Source of the DNA: Treponema sp. | Lineage (GTDB): Bacteria; Spirochaetota; Spirochaetia; Treponematales; Breznakiellaceae | NCBI GenBank assembly: GCA_009781915.1 | Contig: WQUW01000001.1 | Location: 225 to 64,224, forward strand | Direction: 5' to 3' | Length of the DNA stretch: 64,000 bases | In this document: positions 40,944-50,699 of the stretch, in pieces | How positions within the stretch are numbered: position 1 is the stretch's first letter | How the letters are laid out: every line of letters starts with the position of its first letter | Position numbers and translations under genes: made by a program | Notes under the pieces: model-generated | Database searches by the model: none | What the model saw: the letters and a program-made list of their open reading frames with translations, nothing else | Told to the model about the DNA's origin: nothing

Positions 40944-42617
40944 ATGAACATGGAAGTCAATTTGGCCGCGACCGCTTGGACGCTGATACCCATCGTAATG
41001 ACCATTGCGTGCGTGTTTTTAACAAGGCGTATTTTGTTGTCAATGACTGTGGGCATTGTATCCGCCGCCTTTATGGTGGCGAATTTCAACCTGTTTCAAA
41101 CGGTAAGAACCATCGAAAGAACGATATTTTCGATATTCTTTACCGGCCCGGCTTCGGTTCAGGGGCTTGACGACGCGATTGTCGAGGTAATGATTCACCC
41201 CAACGCCCACGCTTCGGCCCTTTTTGGGTTCGCCAGCCGGTGGTATTTTTCTATTATAATCTTTCTGCTTGGGCTGGGAATTATCACGGCGTTCGTGGTA
41301 ATAACAGGCGGCTCGCGGGCCTTTGTCCAGAGCGTCTCGAAAAGGGTCAAAACCCGCAAGGGGGTGCAGTTTATCACCGTTATCGTCGGCATCGTTCTAA
41401 TGATAGACGACTACTTTAACGCGATGGTAAACGGGAATATCGGCAAAACGCTGGCGAAAAAGCACAATCTTTCCCGTGCCAGGGTTACCTATAACGTGGA
41501 CTCCATCGCCGCCCCGATTTGTATTGTAGCCCCTGTTTCAAGCTGGGCCGTGGCGATAATGGGCAACATGGGCCGTGTTTTTGACGATATCGGGTATCAG
41601 GGCAATATCTTTCTGGACTTTATCCGCATGATTCCCTATCACTTTTACGTGTTCGCGGCAATTGGCATGGTTATTGTAACTATCGTATTCGATTTTAATA
41701 TGTTCACCATGAAAAAGTACGAAAACAACCTGAAAGCCGGCGGCGCGGACACATCAGCGGACGATACTTCCGTGGGGCTCGCGCTGGCCGATGTCGAATC
41801 CGGAAAGGGTACGGTGTGGGATTTCTGGGTTCCCATCTTTTGCCTTGTGGGAGCCACGGTGGGAACCATGATTATTACGGGCGTACAGGCTTCAACGCCC
41901 CAGCAAATGGCGAGCGACGGCATTGTCTATTCGATAATGGACAATATGTCGCTGTCCATGTCGTTGTTGCTTGGGGGCATTGCCGGAGGTGTTTCCGCCC
42001 TGTACATTGGCCTTAGGCACGTGCGGGCGGGCGAGGTAACCACGGAACAGTACTGGAAGGCGGTATGGGCCGGCATGCGCTCCATGAGAACGGCGATAGG
42101 GATTCTGTGCCTTTCGTGGGTGCTTTCTTCCTTAATAGGAAGGCTTGAAGTAGGCCGCTTCTTTGCCGGAGTAATCGAAGGCGCGGGGATTTATAGCGGG
42201 TTTATTCCTTTTATCATGTTCGTCACAGCCGCGGTTATGGCGTTCTGCATCGGGACATCATGGGGCACGTTTGCCATTGTTCTGCCGATAGCCGGGGCGG
42301 TTTCCTACGCGATTGACATAAACCTGCTGTTGCCGGCAATGTCGGCGGTGCTGTCGGGGGCCGTTTTCGGCGACCACGCCTCGCCCATATCCGACACGAC
42401 CGTTCTGTCCTCTGCCGGGGCCGGCTGTAAGGTTATACCGCACTTCGAGTCCCAATTGCCCTATGCCATAACCGCGGCGGCGCTGGCTGGCGTGGGCTAC
42501 CTCGCGTTCGGGCTTTCGGGCAATCTTTTTGCCGGATACATTGCCCTTGCCGCCTCCATAGCGCTGGTTGTGGCGCTGGTGTGGTCTTCGGGCCGGAAGA
42601 AGGGGGCGGCGGCGTAA
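40944..42617 (+). CDS. NhaC-family Na+/H+ antiporter-type membrane transporter
   Basis: Polytopic 557-aa protein from ATG 40944. Segments such as DDYFNAMVNGNIGKTLAKKHNLSRARVTYNVDSIAAPICIVAPVSSWA and GDHASPISDTTVLSS are typical of NhaC-family proteins. Confidence 0.7.
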   Translation: MNMEVNLAATAWTLIPIVMTIACVFLTRRILLSMTVGIVSAAFMVANFNLFQTVRTIERTIFSIFFTGPASVQGLDDAIVEVMIHPNAHASALFGFASRWYFSIIIFLLGLGIITAFVVITGGSRAFVQSVSKRVKTRKGVQFITVIVGIVLMIDDYFNAMVNGNIGKTLAKKHNLSRARVTYNVDSIAAPICIVAPVSSWAVAIMGNMGRVFDDIGYQGNIFLDFIRMIPYHFYVFAAIGMVIVTIVFDFNMFTMKKYENNLKAGGADTSADDTSVGLALADVESGKGTVWDFWVPIFCLVGATVGTMIITGVQASTPQQMASDGIVYSIMDNMSLSMSLLLGGIAGGVSALYIGLRHVRAGEVTTEQYWKAVWAGMRSMRTAIGILCLSWVLSSLIGRLEVGRFFAGVIEGAGIYSGFIPFIMFVTAAVMAFCIGTSWGTFAIVLPIAGAVSYAIDINLLLPAMSAVLSGAVFGDHASPISDTTVLSSAGAGCKVIPHFESQLPYAITAAALAGVGYLAFGLSGNLFAGYIALAASIALVVALVWSSGRKKGAAA

Positions 42618-42696
42618 CATCGGGGCTTAAAAAACACGGCCTCCCCCTCTTGAATTTATGCCCGCGTTGCATTATATTCAGAAGGGGTATACAGCA

Positions 42697-43095
42697 GTGC
42701 GAATCTTCAAGAATACGTGGTTTAGCCGCTTTGCGGGTAAAGAGGGTATCACGGATGGTGAGCTACAGGCCATTGTGGGTCTGCTTGAATCTGGTAAGGT
42801 CGGCGCGGATTTGGGCGGCGGGGTTTACAAGGTACGCCTTGCCCGCCGGGGCGGGGGGAAGTCCGGCGGTTACCGGGTAATTGTATTTTTTAGAAGCGAA
42901 GAACTGACGTTTTATCACTACGCGTACCCAAAGGCGAACCGTGATAACATTAACACTAGGGAACTGCGGGTTTTCAAAGAGCTGGCGAAAAGATTTCTTG
43001 CTATGACGGACACGCAGTTGACAGAAGCGGTAAGGACAAGAGATTTTGTCGAAATATGTGAGGCAGACTATGAATATGGATACGAATGTGAATAA
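42697..43095 (+). CDS. RelE/HigB-like type II toxin (toxin-first module)
   Basis: GTG 42697 with RBS GAAGGGG. VRIFKNTWFSRFA...GGGVYKVRLARRGGGKSGGYRVIVFF...YAYPKANRDNI is the pattern of RelE/ParE-superfamily addiction-module toxins. Confidence 0.65.
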   Translation: MRIFKNTWFSRFAGKEGITDGELQAIVGLLESGKVGADLGGGVYKVRLARRGGGKSGGYRVIVFFRSEELTFYHYAYPKANRDNINTRELRVFKELAKRFLAMTDTQLTEAVRTRDFVEICEADYEYGYECE

Positions 43096-43282
43096 GAGAT
43101 ACGGGAGCGAGGCCTTAATGGTCAGCCACCAGTCAGCGGGGGCGTTGTTCCGGCTGGGCGTTATCGGCGCGGACGAGATGCGGGAATTCGACGACCTGTG
43201 CTTCGCTAGCGAAATCGAAACGGAAAGGACAAGGGGCTTCATGGTAGCGGAGGACGCCCCCGAAGGCTACGGCGGCCTGTAA
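43070..43282 (+). CDS. Putative cognate antitoxin
   Basis: 70-aa ORF overlapping the toxin 3' end, with RBS GAGGCAG. The family was not firmly recognised. Confidence 0.4.
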   Translation: MNMDTNVNKRYGSEALMVSHQSAGALFRLGVIGADEMREFDDLCFASEIETERTRGFMVAEDAPEGYGGL

Positions 43283-43318
43283 AAACGTCCCTTTTACTTT
43301 TACCGTTAAACAGGCCCG

Positions 43319-44926
43319 CTACACTCCCAAGAGTTCGCCGTAAGCGTCCAGCACGGGGTCGCCGGATGTCCCGCCTGCCTTTGCGGCAAGGATTTTCCCG
43401 GCGAGAACCTTGCCGAGCTGGACTCCTTCCTGGTCAAAACTGTTCAAGTTCCAGATAAAGCCCTGAAACATGACCTTATTCTCGTAGTGGGCAAGAAGAG
43501 CGCCAAGAGCGGCGGGGGTGAGCCTTTCGCCGTAAATAAGGCTGGAAGGCCGCCCTCCGGGGAAATCCCTGTTGCCGTTCCCGTCCGTTTTGCCAAGGGC
43601 GAAAGCGGTAATCTGCGCGGCGAGGTTCGCGTTCAGCTTGGCTTGGCTTGTACTGCCGTCGATTACCCCGTCGTCCTTGCGCTGGCTTTCCCTAAAGCCG
43701 ATGAACTGAAGGGGAACAATGTCCGTGCCCTGATGCAAAAGCTGGTAAAACGAGTGTTGGCCGTTTGTGCCCGGCTCGCCAAAGACCACAGGGCCGGTCG
43801 GGTACGCAAGGGGCGTTCCGTCACGGTTTACCCGCTTGCCGTTGGATTCCATGTCCAACTGCTGCAGGTGGGCGGGGAAGCGGGAAAGGGCCTGACTGTA
43901 GGGAAGCACCGCCGTACAGGGATACAAAAGAAAGTTCCGCTCCCACACGCCAATAAGCGCGTCAAGAAGCACGGCGTTTTGCAGGATGTCCCCTTCCAGA
44001 GCGGCCCTGTCCGCGGCGGCGGCCCCGGCAAGGACATCCCGGAACACATCGTTTCCGTAGGCCAGCGAAAGAATTAGCCCGCCAACGGCAGAACAGGACG
44101 AATACCTTCCGCCGATAAAGTCATCAAAATAGAAGGAATCAAGGTAGCCGGGGTTACGCGCGAGGGGGCTGGTCTCGCTTGTAACAGCCGCCATGTGTTT
44201 GGCGGGGTCAAGGCCCGCCTTGCGGAGCTTGTCTTTTATAAAAAGCTCGTTTGTCAAAGTTTCCTGCGTTGTGCCGCTTTTGGAGACCAGTATAAAAAGC
44301 GTTTCATCCAGAGGAAGGGAAGAAGCGGCTTTGGAAGCGTCGTCCGGGTCAACGTTGGAAATAAATTCCGCGCGCAGGGCTTTTTTCCCTTCCCCGGCGG
44401 CCCAGTTTTCCAGGGCCAAGGACAAGGCCCGCGGCCCCAAATCAGAGCCGCCAATGCCTATCTGGGCAAAGGCCGTGTACCGCTTGCCCGGCGCGGGGCA
44501 CAGTTCCCCGCTGCGCACCTTTTCGGCAAAGGCGGCAAGGCGTTCCAGTTCACCGTGGTAAAAAGCCCCCACGTCCCTGCCCTGAAAGTTCACCTCCTTG
44601 CCCGTAGCGGCCTTCCCGTCAGGGCTCCGCAACAGGTGATGCAGGACTTTGCGGCCCTCGCCCGGATTCATAACCTCCCCTTCCAGAAGACAGCGGTACT
44701 TGGCGGTAAGTTCCTGCTCCCGCGCAAGGGCCGCGAGAGCGTCCAGCGTATGCTCGTCCACCGCTTTGGCGGCCCAGTTAAAAACGAGCCCCGCCGCGAG
44801 GGGGACATCGCACCGCTTTACCCGCTGCGGGGTAAGGGCCGCCCTAATATCGAAAGCCCTTCCCCCGGCGGCGTGTTCCGCAAGCCGTTTGCTGGCGGCG
44901 GTCTTGTCCAAATCGGTATACTTCAT
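43319..44926 (-). CDS. pgi: Glucose-6-phosphate isomerase
   Basis: IGIGGSDLGPRA, SKSGTTQETL and GTNGQHSFYQLLHQGT motifs; 535 aa. Confidence 0.92.
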   Translation of the reverse strand: MKYTDLDKTAASKRLAEHAAGGRAFDIRAALTPQRVKRCDVPLAAGLVFNWAAKAVDEHTLDALAALAREQELTAKYRCLLEGEVMNPGEGRKVLHHLLRSPDGKAATGKEVNFQGRDVGAFYHGELERLAAFAEKVRSGELCPAPGKRYTAFAQIGIGGSDLGPRALSLALENWAAGEGKKALRAEFISNVDPDDASKAASSLPLDETLFILVSKSGTTQETLTNELFIKDKLRKAGLDPAKHMAAVTSETSPLARNPGYLDSFYFDDFIGGRYSSCSAVGGLILSLAYGNDVFRDVLAGAAAADRAALEGDILQNAVLLDALIGVWERNFLLYPCTAVLPYSQALSRFPAHLQQLDMESNGKRVNRDGTPLAYPTGPVVFGEPGTNGQHSFYQLLHQGTDIVPLQFIGFRESQRKDDGVIDGSTSQAKLNANLAAQITAFALGKTDGNGNRDFPGGRPSSLIYGERLTPAALGALLAHYENKVMFQGFIWNLNSFDQEGVQLGKVLAGKILAAKAGGTSGDPVLDAYGELLGV

Positions 44927-44928
44927 GG

Positions 44929-45399
44929 TTATTCCTCCAGTTCCGGCATGATTTCTTTCATGCGCTTCATAAAATCCTGTCCGCTCGTCCCTTCCCTAAG
45001 GAACACCGCCACCGTATTGTCCCTGCCGGCGACAGTGCCCAGCACCTCCCCTTCCATGTTGAAACTGTCCAGCGCCACGGAAACAGGGTCGCAGTGGCCC
45101 GAATGGGTCTTGATGATCACAATATTACCCGACCAGTCGATGGAAATATAGCCCTTCAAAAAGTCGTCGGCATAGGCGCGCTCCCGCTCCCGGCCCTCCA
45201 TGGGCAGAAAGTAAACATACCCGCCAAGGCTGTCGGAGGCTTTTCCCACTTTAAGCGTTTTTAAGTCTCTGGAAAGGGTGGCCTGGGTTACCGCGAACCC
45301 TTCAGCCTGAAGACAGCTTAACAGGGTGTCCTGCGACTCAATTTTTCTGGTTTTTACCAGTCTGCGAACCGCCGCGAGGCGGGCCAAGCGTCCTTTCAC
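44929..45399 (-). CDS. argR: Arginine repressor
   Basis: N-terminal winged helix (QDTLLSCLQAEGFAVTQATLSRDLKTL) and C-terminal oligomerisation motif (GTVAGRDNTVAVFL). Confidence 0.85.
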   Translation of the reverse strand: MKGRLARLAAVRRLVKTRKIESQDTLLSCLQAEGFAVTQATLSRDLKTLKVGKASDSLGGYVYFLPMEGRERERAYADDFLKGYISIDWSGNIVIIKTHSGHCDPVSVALDSFNMEGEVLGTVAGRDNTVAVFLREGTSGQDFMKRMKEIMPELEE

Positions 45400-45502
45400 G
45401 CGCTGCTCCGGTGGAAAAAATGAATATTCCCCGTATAAATATACAATAGAGGGCCGTGTTTTTCAAGGCGATCTGTACCATGTACAAGGCCCGGCGTAAC
45501 AA

Positions 45503-45531
45503 TTGCGCAATCCCTTGCCTTCCTGTATAAT
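45503..45531 (+). promoter_or_regulatory. Sigma-70-type promoter of the lysC operon; probable leaderless or near-leaderless transcript
   Basis: TTGCGC (45503-45508), a 17-nt spacer, then TATAAT (45526-45531). The ATG is at 45538, only 6 nt after the -10 hexamer, and there is no SD. Confidence 0.5.
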
Positions 45532-45537
45532 ACGCCT

Positions 45538-46890
45538 ATGATAGTCATGAAGTTCGGCGGAAGCTCGGTGGCGGACGCTAGCCGTGTTCGCCACATGGCG
45601 GAAATTGTAAAGGCCCGCTTAAGCCGCCGCCCCGTTGTGGTGCTGTCCGCGATGGGAGACACAACCGATCACCTTCTTGAAGCCGGGGACGCCGCCCTGA
45701 ACCACGGGACAGTCTCGCTGGAACGCGTAGAGGACTTGCATCTAAAAACTATCGCTGACCTTGGTTTGGGCGAAGCGGCGCTGGAAAGCGTCCGTCCCCT
45801 TCTCGCGGAACTCAGGGCCCTTCTTACGGGCGTTTCCCTTATCCGGGAGCTTACCGGAAAAACCAGGGATTACCTTGTGTCCTTCGGGGAGCGCCTTTCG
45901 GTGCGGATAGCCGCGGCCTACTTCGCATCTCTGGGAATCGGCGCCGTGGCGGTTGACGCTTGGGATGCCGGTTTCCTTTCGGACTCCAATTTCACGATGG
46001 CGGAACTGGCCCCCGAAAGCTGGAACCTTATCCCGGCTAGGATTCGCCCTGTGGCTGAAAAAGGCGTCTTACAGTTGGTAACCGGCTTTATCGCCAAGGA
46101 CGAAAAGGGCAACATTACCACGCTGGGCCGCGGCGGCTCTGACCTTTCGGCCACCATGATTGCCGCTTCCTGCGGCGCTGAGGAAGCGCAGGTCTGGAAG
46201 GACGTTGACGGAATCCTTACCGCCGACCCCCGCCTTGTGCGGAACTCGCGGCCCGTGGAAACCGTGAGCTACGAGGCCGCTTCCGAGCTGGCCTACTTCG
46301 GGGCGCAGGTGCTGCACCCACGAGCCATGCAGCCGTGCATGAAAACCGGCACTCATGTGCTGGTAAAAAACTCCTACAACCCCGAAGCCGCGGGAACCCG
46401 TATCGTTTCGTGCGTTCACGAAAAAGACGGGCACGTTTTGGCCCTTACCTCCCGCAAAAAAATAACGCTTGTAGACATTGTTTCTTCCCGCATGGTGGGC
46501 CAGTACGGGTTTTTGGCGGAGGTTTTTTCGTGGTTCGCCAAACACGCCCTGTCCGTAGACATGGTCGCCACAAGCGAAGTGTCGGTCTCCCTGACACTGG
46601 ACACATCAAGCGATCTTTCCGGGCTTGAAAAAGACCTGTCCCGGATCGCCAATGTTGAAATAAAAACCGGCAAGGCCATTGTTACCATTATTGGGAACGT
46701 GCGCCGCTCTTCCAAAATCCTTGCCCACGCGTTCAGCGTTTGCGAGGCTTTGGGCGTGCAGGTGCAGATGATTTCTCAGGGAGCGAGCAAGGTAAACATC
46801 AGCTTTATCGTGGACGACCACGAAGCCGACACTGTAATCACGGCTCTTCACGAAGATTTTTTCGAGAAAGAGTACGGAAATAGAGCTTAA
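45538..46890 (+). CDS. lysC: Aspartate kinase
   Basis: MKFGGSSVA N-terminus, GRGGSDLSA motif and C-terminal ACT-type region; 450 aa. Confidence 0.92.
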   Translation: MIVMKFGGSSVADASRVRHMAEIVKARLSRRPVVVLSAMGDTTDHLLEAGDAALNHGTVSLERVEDLHLKTIADLGLGEAALESVRPLLAELRALLTGVSLIRELTGKTRDYLVSFGERLSVRIAAAYFASLGIGAVAVDAWDAGFLSDSNFTMAELAPESWNLIPARIRPVAEKGVLQLVTGFIAKDEKGNITTLGRGGSDLSATMIAASCGAEEAQVWKDVDGILTADPRLVRNSRPVETVSYEAASELAYFGAQVLHPRAMQPCMKTGTHVLVKNSYNPEAAGTRIVSCVHEKDGHVLALTSRKKITLVDIVSSRMVGQYGFLAEVFSWFAKHALSVDMVATSEVSVSLTLDTSSDLSGLEKDLSRIANVEIKTGKAIVTIIGNVRRSSKILAHAFSVCEALGVQVQMISQGASKVNISFIVDDHEADTVITALHEDFFEKEYGNRA

Positions 46891-46909
46891 AGAATACCGG
46901 GGAGCCGCG

Positions 46910-47707
46910 ATGAAGGTTATTTTGGTTGGATACGGAAAGATGGGCCGCCTTTTGGAAGCGCAGTTCGGGGCGAAAGGACATCAGGTGCTGGCTGTTGTCG
47001 AACCTAGCCCCCCCCCGGCGAAAACTACGCCGGGGGGCGCGCTTGTGTACGCTTCTCTTGGGGACGCTCTTGGCGGCCCGGCGGGAAAATCCTTAAAGGA
47101 CGCTGACGCGGCTATCGAGTTTACCGGGCCGGACTGCGCCCCCGGAAACCTGCTTTTTCTCGCCAAAGAAAATATCCCCGCCGTAACCGGAACCACAGGC
47201 TGGTATGACAGGCTGCCGGAGGTTAGCCGGGCGGTAAGGGATGCTGGCGCTGCTCTACTCTGGTCGTCTAACTTTTCCCTTGGGGTAAATCTCTTTTTCC
47301 GCATTGCCGCACACGCCGCTAAGCTTATCGACCCCTTTGCCGAGTACGATGTGGCGGGGTTTGAAAGCCACCACAACAAAAAAGCCGACAGCCCTTCGGG
47401 AACGGCGAAAACGCTTGCCGGGCATGTGCTTGCCGGCATGACCCGGAAAAAAAAGGCCGTGTACGAAATGCTTGACCGCCCGCCTGGGGCGGACGAACTC
47501 CACTATGCCAGCGTCCGGGTGGGGGCCGTGCCGGGGACGCACAGCCTGTTTTTCGACTCCCCCGCCGACACCATCGAACTTACCCACACAGCCCGCAGCC
47601 GGGAAGGGTTCGCCGCCGGAGCCGTTGTCGCCGCTCTTTGGCTTACCGCCAAAAAGCGGGCGGGGGTCTTTACGATGGACGACGCTCTACAGGAGATACT
47701 GCCGTAA
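46910..47707 (+). CDS. dapB: 4-hydroxy-tetrahydrodipicolinate reductase
   Basis: GYGKMGR dinucleotide-binding N-terminus and the ESHHNKKADSPSGTA signature. Confidence 0.9.
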   Translation: MKVILVGYGKMGRLLEAQFGAKGHQVLAVVEPSPPPAKTTPGGALVYASLGDALGGPAGKSLKDADAAIEFTGPDCAPGNLLFLAKENIPAVTGTTGWYDRLPEVSRAVRDAGAALLWSSNFSLGVNLFFRIAAHAAKLIDPFAEYDVAGFESHHNKKADSPSGTAKTLAGHVLAGMTRKKKAVYEMLDRPPGADELHYASVRVGAVPGTHSLFFDSPADTIELTHTARSREGFAAGAVVAALWLTAKKRAGVFTMDDALQEILP

Positions 47708-47757
47708 CGCCGGTTACACCGTCCTGGAACGGGACATTACAATACAAGGAGCATTTT

Positions 47758-48660
47758 ATGAAAGGACTTAAAGGCGCTATCACCGCCCTCATTACCCCCA
47801 TGAAGGAAAACGGGGACGTAGACTTCGACGGCTTCAAGCGGCTTGTTAATTTCCAGCTTGAAGGGGGCATCGACGGCATTGTTCCGTTGGGAACCACCGG
47901 CGAAGCCCCCACGCTGGAAGAAGGCGAGCAAGAAAAACTCATCACCATCGCCGTGGATCAGGCGAAGGGCAAGGTTCCGGTTATCATCGGGACGGGATCA
48001 AACAGCACCGCGCGCACGGTTTCTTACACCAAGCGGGCCAAGGACATGGGCGGCGACATCGCTATGGTTGTAACTCCGTATTACAACAAACCCAACGACG
48101 ACGGCCTTGTCCGCCATTTCCAGGCGGCGGCGGCGGTGGGCATTCCCATTCTGGTCTACAACATCGCCTCCAGAACCGGGCGGAACATCCCGACCCCGCT
48201 CATGGAGAAAATAGCGGCGATCCCCGGCGTTGTTGCCGTTAAAGAAGCGTCAGGCGACATTACGCAGATGACCGAGGTGCTTGGGGCGATAGCGTTTCCC
48301 CGCCGGGCCGGGGACAACCCCTTTTCGGTGTTGTCCGGGGACGATGGCTTTACGTTTCCCCTAATGGCGTTTGGCGGAGACGGCGTTATTTCGGTTATTT
48401 CCAATCTGGTTCCGGCAAAGGTAAAGGCCCTGACCAAAGCGTGCCTGGCGGGAGATTTTGAGGAAGGCCGGCGGATTCACTTTGAGCTTCTGCCCTTTAT
48501 GAAGGCGGCGTTTATCGAAACGAACCCCGTTCCCATAAAGCAGGCCATGAGCTGGGCTGGCCTTCCCGGCGGCCCCACCCGGCTTCCTCTGGGGCGGCTG
48601 GATCCCAAAAGCGAAGCCCCCCTGAAAGCGGCAATGGAAAAAATCGGCGTCAAGGCATAG
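47758..48660 (+). CDS. dapA: 4-hydroxy-tetrahydrodipicolinate synthase
   Basis: I chose ATG 47758. GTTGEAPTL, GTGSNST and VTPYYNKP motifs. Confidence 0.92.
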   Translation: MKGLKGAITALITPMKENGDVDFDGFKRLVNFQLEGGIDGIVPLGTTGEAPTLEEGEQEKLITIAVDQAKGKVPVIIGTGSNSTARTVSYTKRAKDMGGDIAMVVTPYYNKPNDDGLVRHFQAAAAVGIPILVYNIASRTGRNIPTPLMEKIAAIPGVVAVKEASGDITQMTEVLGAIAFPRRAGDNPFSVLSGDDGFTFPLMAFGGDGVISVISNLVPAKVKALTKACLAGDFEEGRRIHFELLPFMKAAFIETNPVPIKQAMSWAGLPGGPTRLPLGRLDPKSEAPLKAAMEKIGVKA

Positions 48661-48670
48661 GAGGCAAAGC

Positions 48671-49771
48671 ATGGCAAAGATACCCATAGGCGTGTTAGGC
48701 GCTACCGGCATGGTAGGCCAGCAGTATATATCCCTGTTAAAAAATCACCCTTGGTTCGAGGTTCGCTACGTGGCGGCCTCGGCCCGGAGCGCCGGGAAAT
48801 CTTACAAAGACGCCACGGCGGGGCGTGTCCATTTTCCGGGCATTGCCGAGTCCGCCGTGGGGGAACTTATCGTAGCCGACGCCAACGACGTTTCCGCCGC
48901 CTCTAGCGCCGCGAAAGCCGGCGGCTGCGCCTTTGTGTTTTCGGCGCTGGAAATGGGCAAGGACGAAATACGCTCCCTGGAAGACGCCTACGCCGCCGCC
49001 GGAATACCGGTGGTTTCCAACGCCTCCGCCCACCGCTGGACAAGCGATGTGCCGGTACTTATCGCCGAGGTGAACCACCATCACGCGGACATCATTCCCG
49101 CCCAGCGCGCGGCCCGCGGCTGGGACAAGGGCTTTATCGTGGTTAAGCCGAACTGCTCCATTCAGAGTTACACCACGCCCCTTTACGCCCTTATGCAGAA
49201 GGGCTACGAAGTACGGCGGCTTATCGTTACAACCCTTCAGGCGGTGTCTGGTGCTGGCTACCCCGGCGTTCCAAGCCTTGACATGATCGACAACATCGTC
49301 CCCTACATTGGCGGGGAGGAAGAAAAGTCGGAGCAGGAGCCGCTTAAAATCCTTGGCTCCATCGAGGGCGGCGCTTTCAAGAACGCCGCTGTGCCGAAGA
49401 TAGCGGCCCACTGTAACCGTGTTCCCGTGTGCGACGGCCACACCGCCTGCGTCAGCGTTGAGTTTGGCGGGAAAAAGCCGTCTGTCGAAGAGGTCAAAAA
49501 AATCTGGGCAGATTTCAAAAGCCTTCCGCAAGAGTTGGGGCTGCCCTTCGCGCCCCTGCGGCCCATCATCGTGCGGGAAGAGAACGACCGGCCCCAGCCC
49601 CGGAAAGACCGGGACGCGGACAAGGCAATGGCGGTAACCGTGGGCCGCGTCCGGCCCTGCGCGGTTTTCGACCTGCGCTTTGTGGGGCTTACGCACAACA
49701 CCGTCCGGGGGGCGGCGGGCGGCGGCATCCTGAACGCCGAGCTGTTGAAGCATAAGGGGTATTTGGGCTAG
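48671..49771 (+). CDS. asd: Aspartate-semialdehyde dehydrogenase
   Basis: GATGMVGQ N-terminus and active-site KPNCSIQ; 366 aa. The stop overlaps the convergent recX stop by 4 nt. Confidence 0.88.
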   Translation: MAKIPIGVLGATGMVGQQYISLLKNHPWFEVRYVAASARSAGKSYKDATAGRVHFPGIAESAVGELIVADANDVSAASSAAKAGGCAFVFSALEMGKDEIRSLEDAYAAAGIPVVSNASAHRWTSDVPVLIAEVNHHHADIIPAQRAARGWDKGFIVVKPNCSIQSYTTPLYALMQKGYEVRRLIVTTLQAVSGAGYPGVPSLDMIDNIVPYIGGEEEKSEQEPLKILGSIEGGAFKNAAVPKIAAHCNRVPVCDGHTACVSVEFGGKKPSVEEVKKIWADFKSLPQELGLPFAPLRPIIVREENDRPQPRKDRDADKAMAVTVGRVRPCAVFDLRFVGLTHNTVRGAAGGGILNAELLKHKGYLG

Positions 49772-50241
49772 CCGGAAGCTTCGTCAAAGTACCTGTCAAG
49801 AGCCTGCGAAGAAAACCCTTGATGCCTTAGCCACGCCCTATGGGGTAGCGCCGCTTTTCCTTGGGAGAGGCAGGCTTCTTGGGCGTACCTTACAAGCAGT
49901 TCGTACTCGGTTTGGGGGTCAAGCGCCTTATCCAAGGCTTTGCGGGAGGGTTCCCTGTCGATTCCCCGCTTCCTTAAAGCTGTAAGCAGCCACCACGGGC
50001 TTGGGGCTTTCCTTAAGGCAAGGCGGGAGCGTATCCAGCGCTCGGCGTACCGGGCGTCATTCAGCAAATCCCGATCCACAAGGCCGGAAACCACCGCCTG
50101 TATCACGGCGGCGTCGAACGAGCGGCGCTCCAGTTTCGCCGCAAGCCCGGCAGTATTCTGCTCGGCCCGGGCGATAAGCCGCAGGGCGGCATCCTCCGCC
50201 CGGCGGCAAGCGGCGGCAAAGCCAGACGTATCTTCTTCCAC
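49768..50241 (-). CDS. recX: RecX-family regulatory protein
   Basis: 157 aa of helical repeats with LLNDARYAERWIRSRL and LRKRGI motifs typical of RecX. Confidence 0.65.
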   Translation of the reverse strand: MEEDTSGFAAACRRAEDAALRLIARAEQNTAGLAAKLERRSFDAAVIQAVVSGLVDRDLLNDARYAERWIRSRLALRKAPSPWWLLTALRKRGIDREPSRKALDKALDPQTEYELLVRYAQEACLSQGKAALPHRAWLRHQGFSSQALDRYFDEASG

Positions 50242-50293
50242 TTAGGGCAATCCCGAAGGAACATCAGCGCCGCACGGGGCGGAAATAACGGTA

Positions 50294-50683
50294 CTAGCGC
50301 TTGGAGAACTGGAAACGCCTGCGGGCGCCGGCCTTGCCGTATTTTTTCCGTTCTACCATTCTGGGGTCACGGGTAAGATACCCGTTGCTCCGCAGGCTGG
50401 TGTAATTTTCCTGATCCACCTGACAAAGCGCCCGGGCAAGTCCGTGCCGGCAGGCCCCGGCCTGACCATTGATCCCGCCGCCGTGAACATTGATAAGTAT
50501 GTCGAATTTGTTTTCGCTGGCGGTAACCATTAGGGGCTGCCGCAGCATAAGAACATGCTCGCCTTGGGGAAAATACTGAAGCACGTCCTTGCCGTTTACT
50601 GATATTTTCCCGCTTCCGTCCCGTACATACACCCGCGCCACGGAAGTCTTTCTGCGGCCGGTTCCTATACCAAGATTCTTCAT
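50294..50683 (-). CDS. rpsI: 30S ribosomal protein S9
   Basis: GTGRRKTSVARV N-terminus and C-terminal GKAGARRRFQFSKR. Confidence 0.95.
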   Translation of the reverse strand: MKNLGIGTGRRKTSVARVYVRDGSGKISVNGKDVLQYFPQGEHVLMLRQPLMVTASENKFDILINVHGGGINGQAGACRHGLARALCQVDQENYTSLRSNGYLTRDPRMVERKKYGKAGARRRFQFSKR

Positions 50684-50699
50684 TTACCGTAACCTCGTC

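Noticed and set aside
44195-45151. 318-aa ORF on the plus strand
   Set aside because: It is antisense to pgi and argR, both of which are strongly supported.
45400-45537. Lysine riboswitch upstream of lysC
   Set aside because: The region is only 138 nt, and the best promoter ends 6 nt from the ATG, leaving no leader. I could not see conserved L-box helices.
48737-49753. 338-aa ORF on the minus strand
   Set aside because: It is antisense to asd, which has clear active-site motifs, and it has an Arg/Gly/Pro-rich composition.
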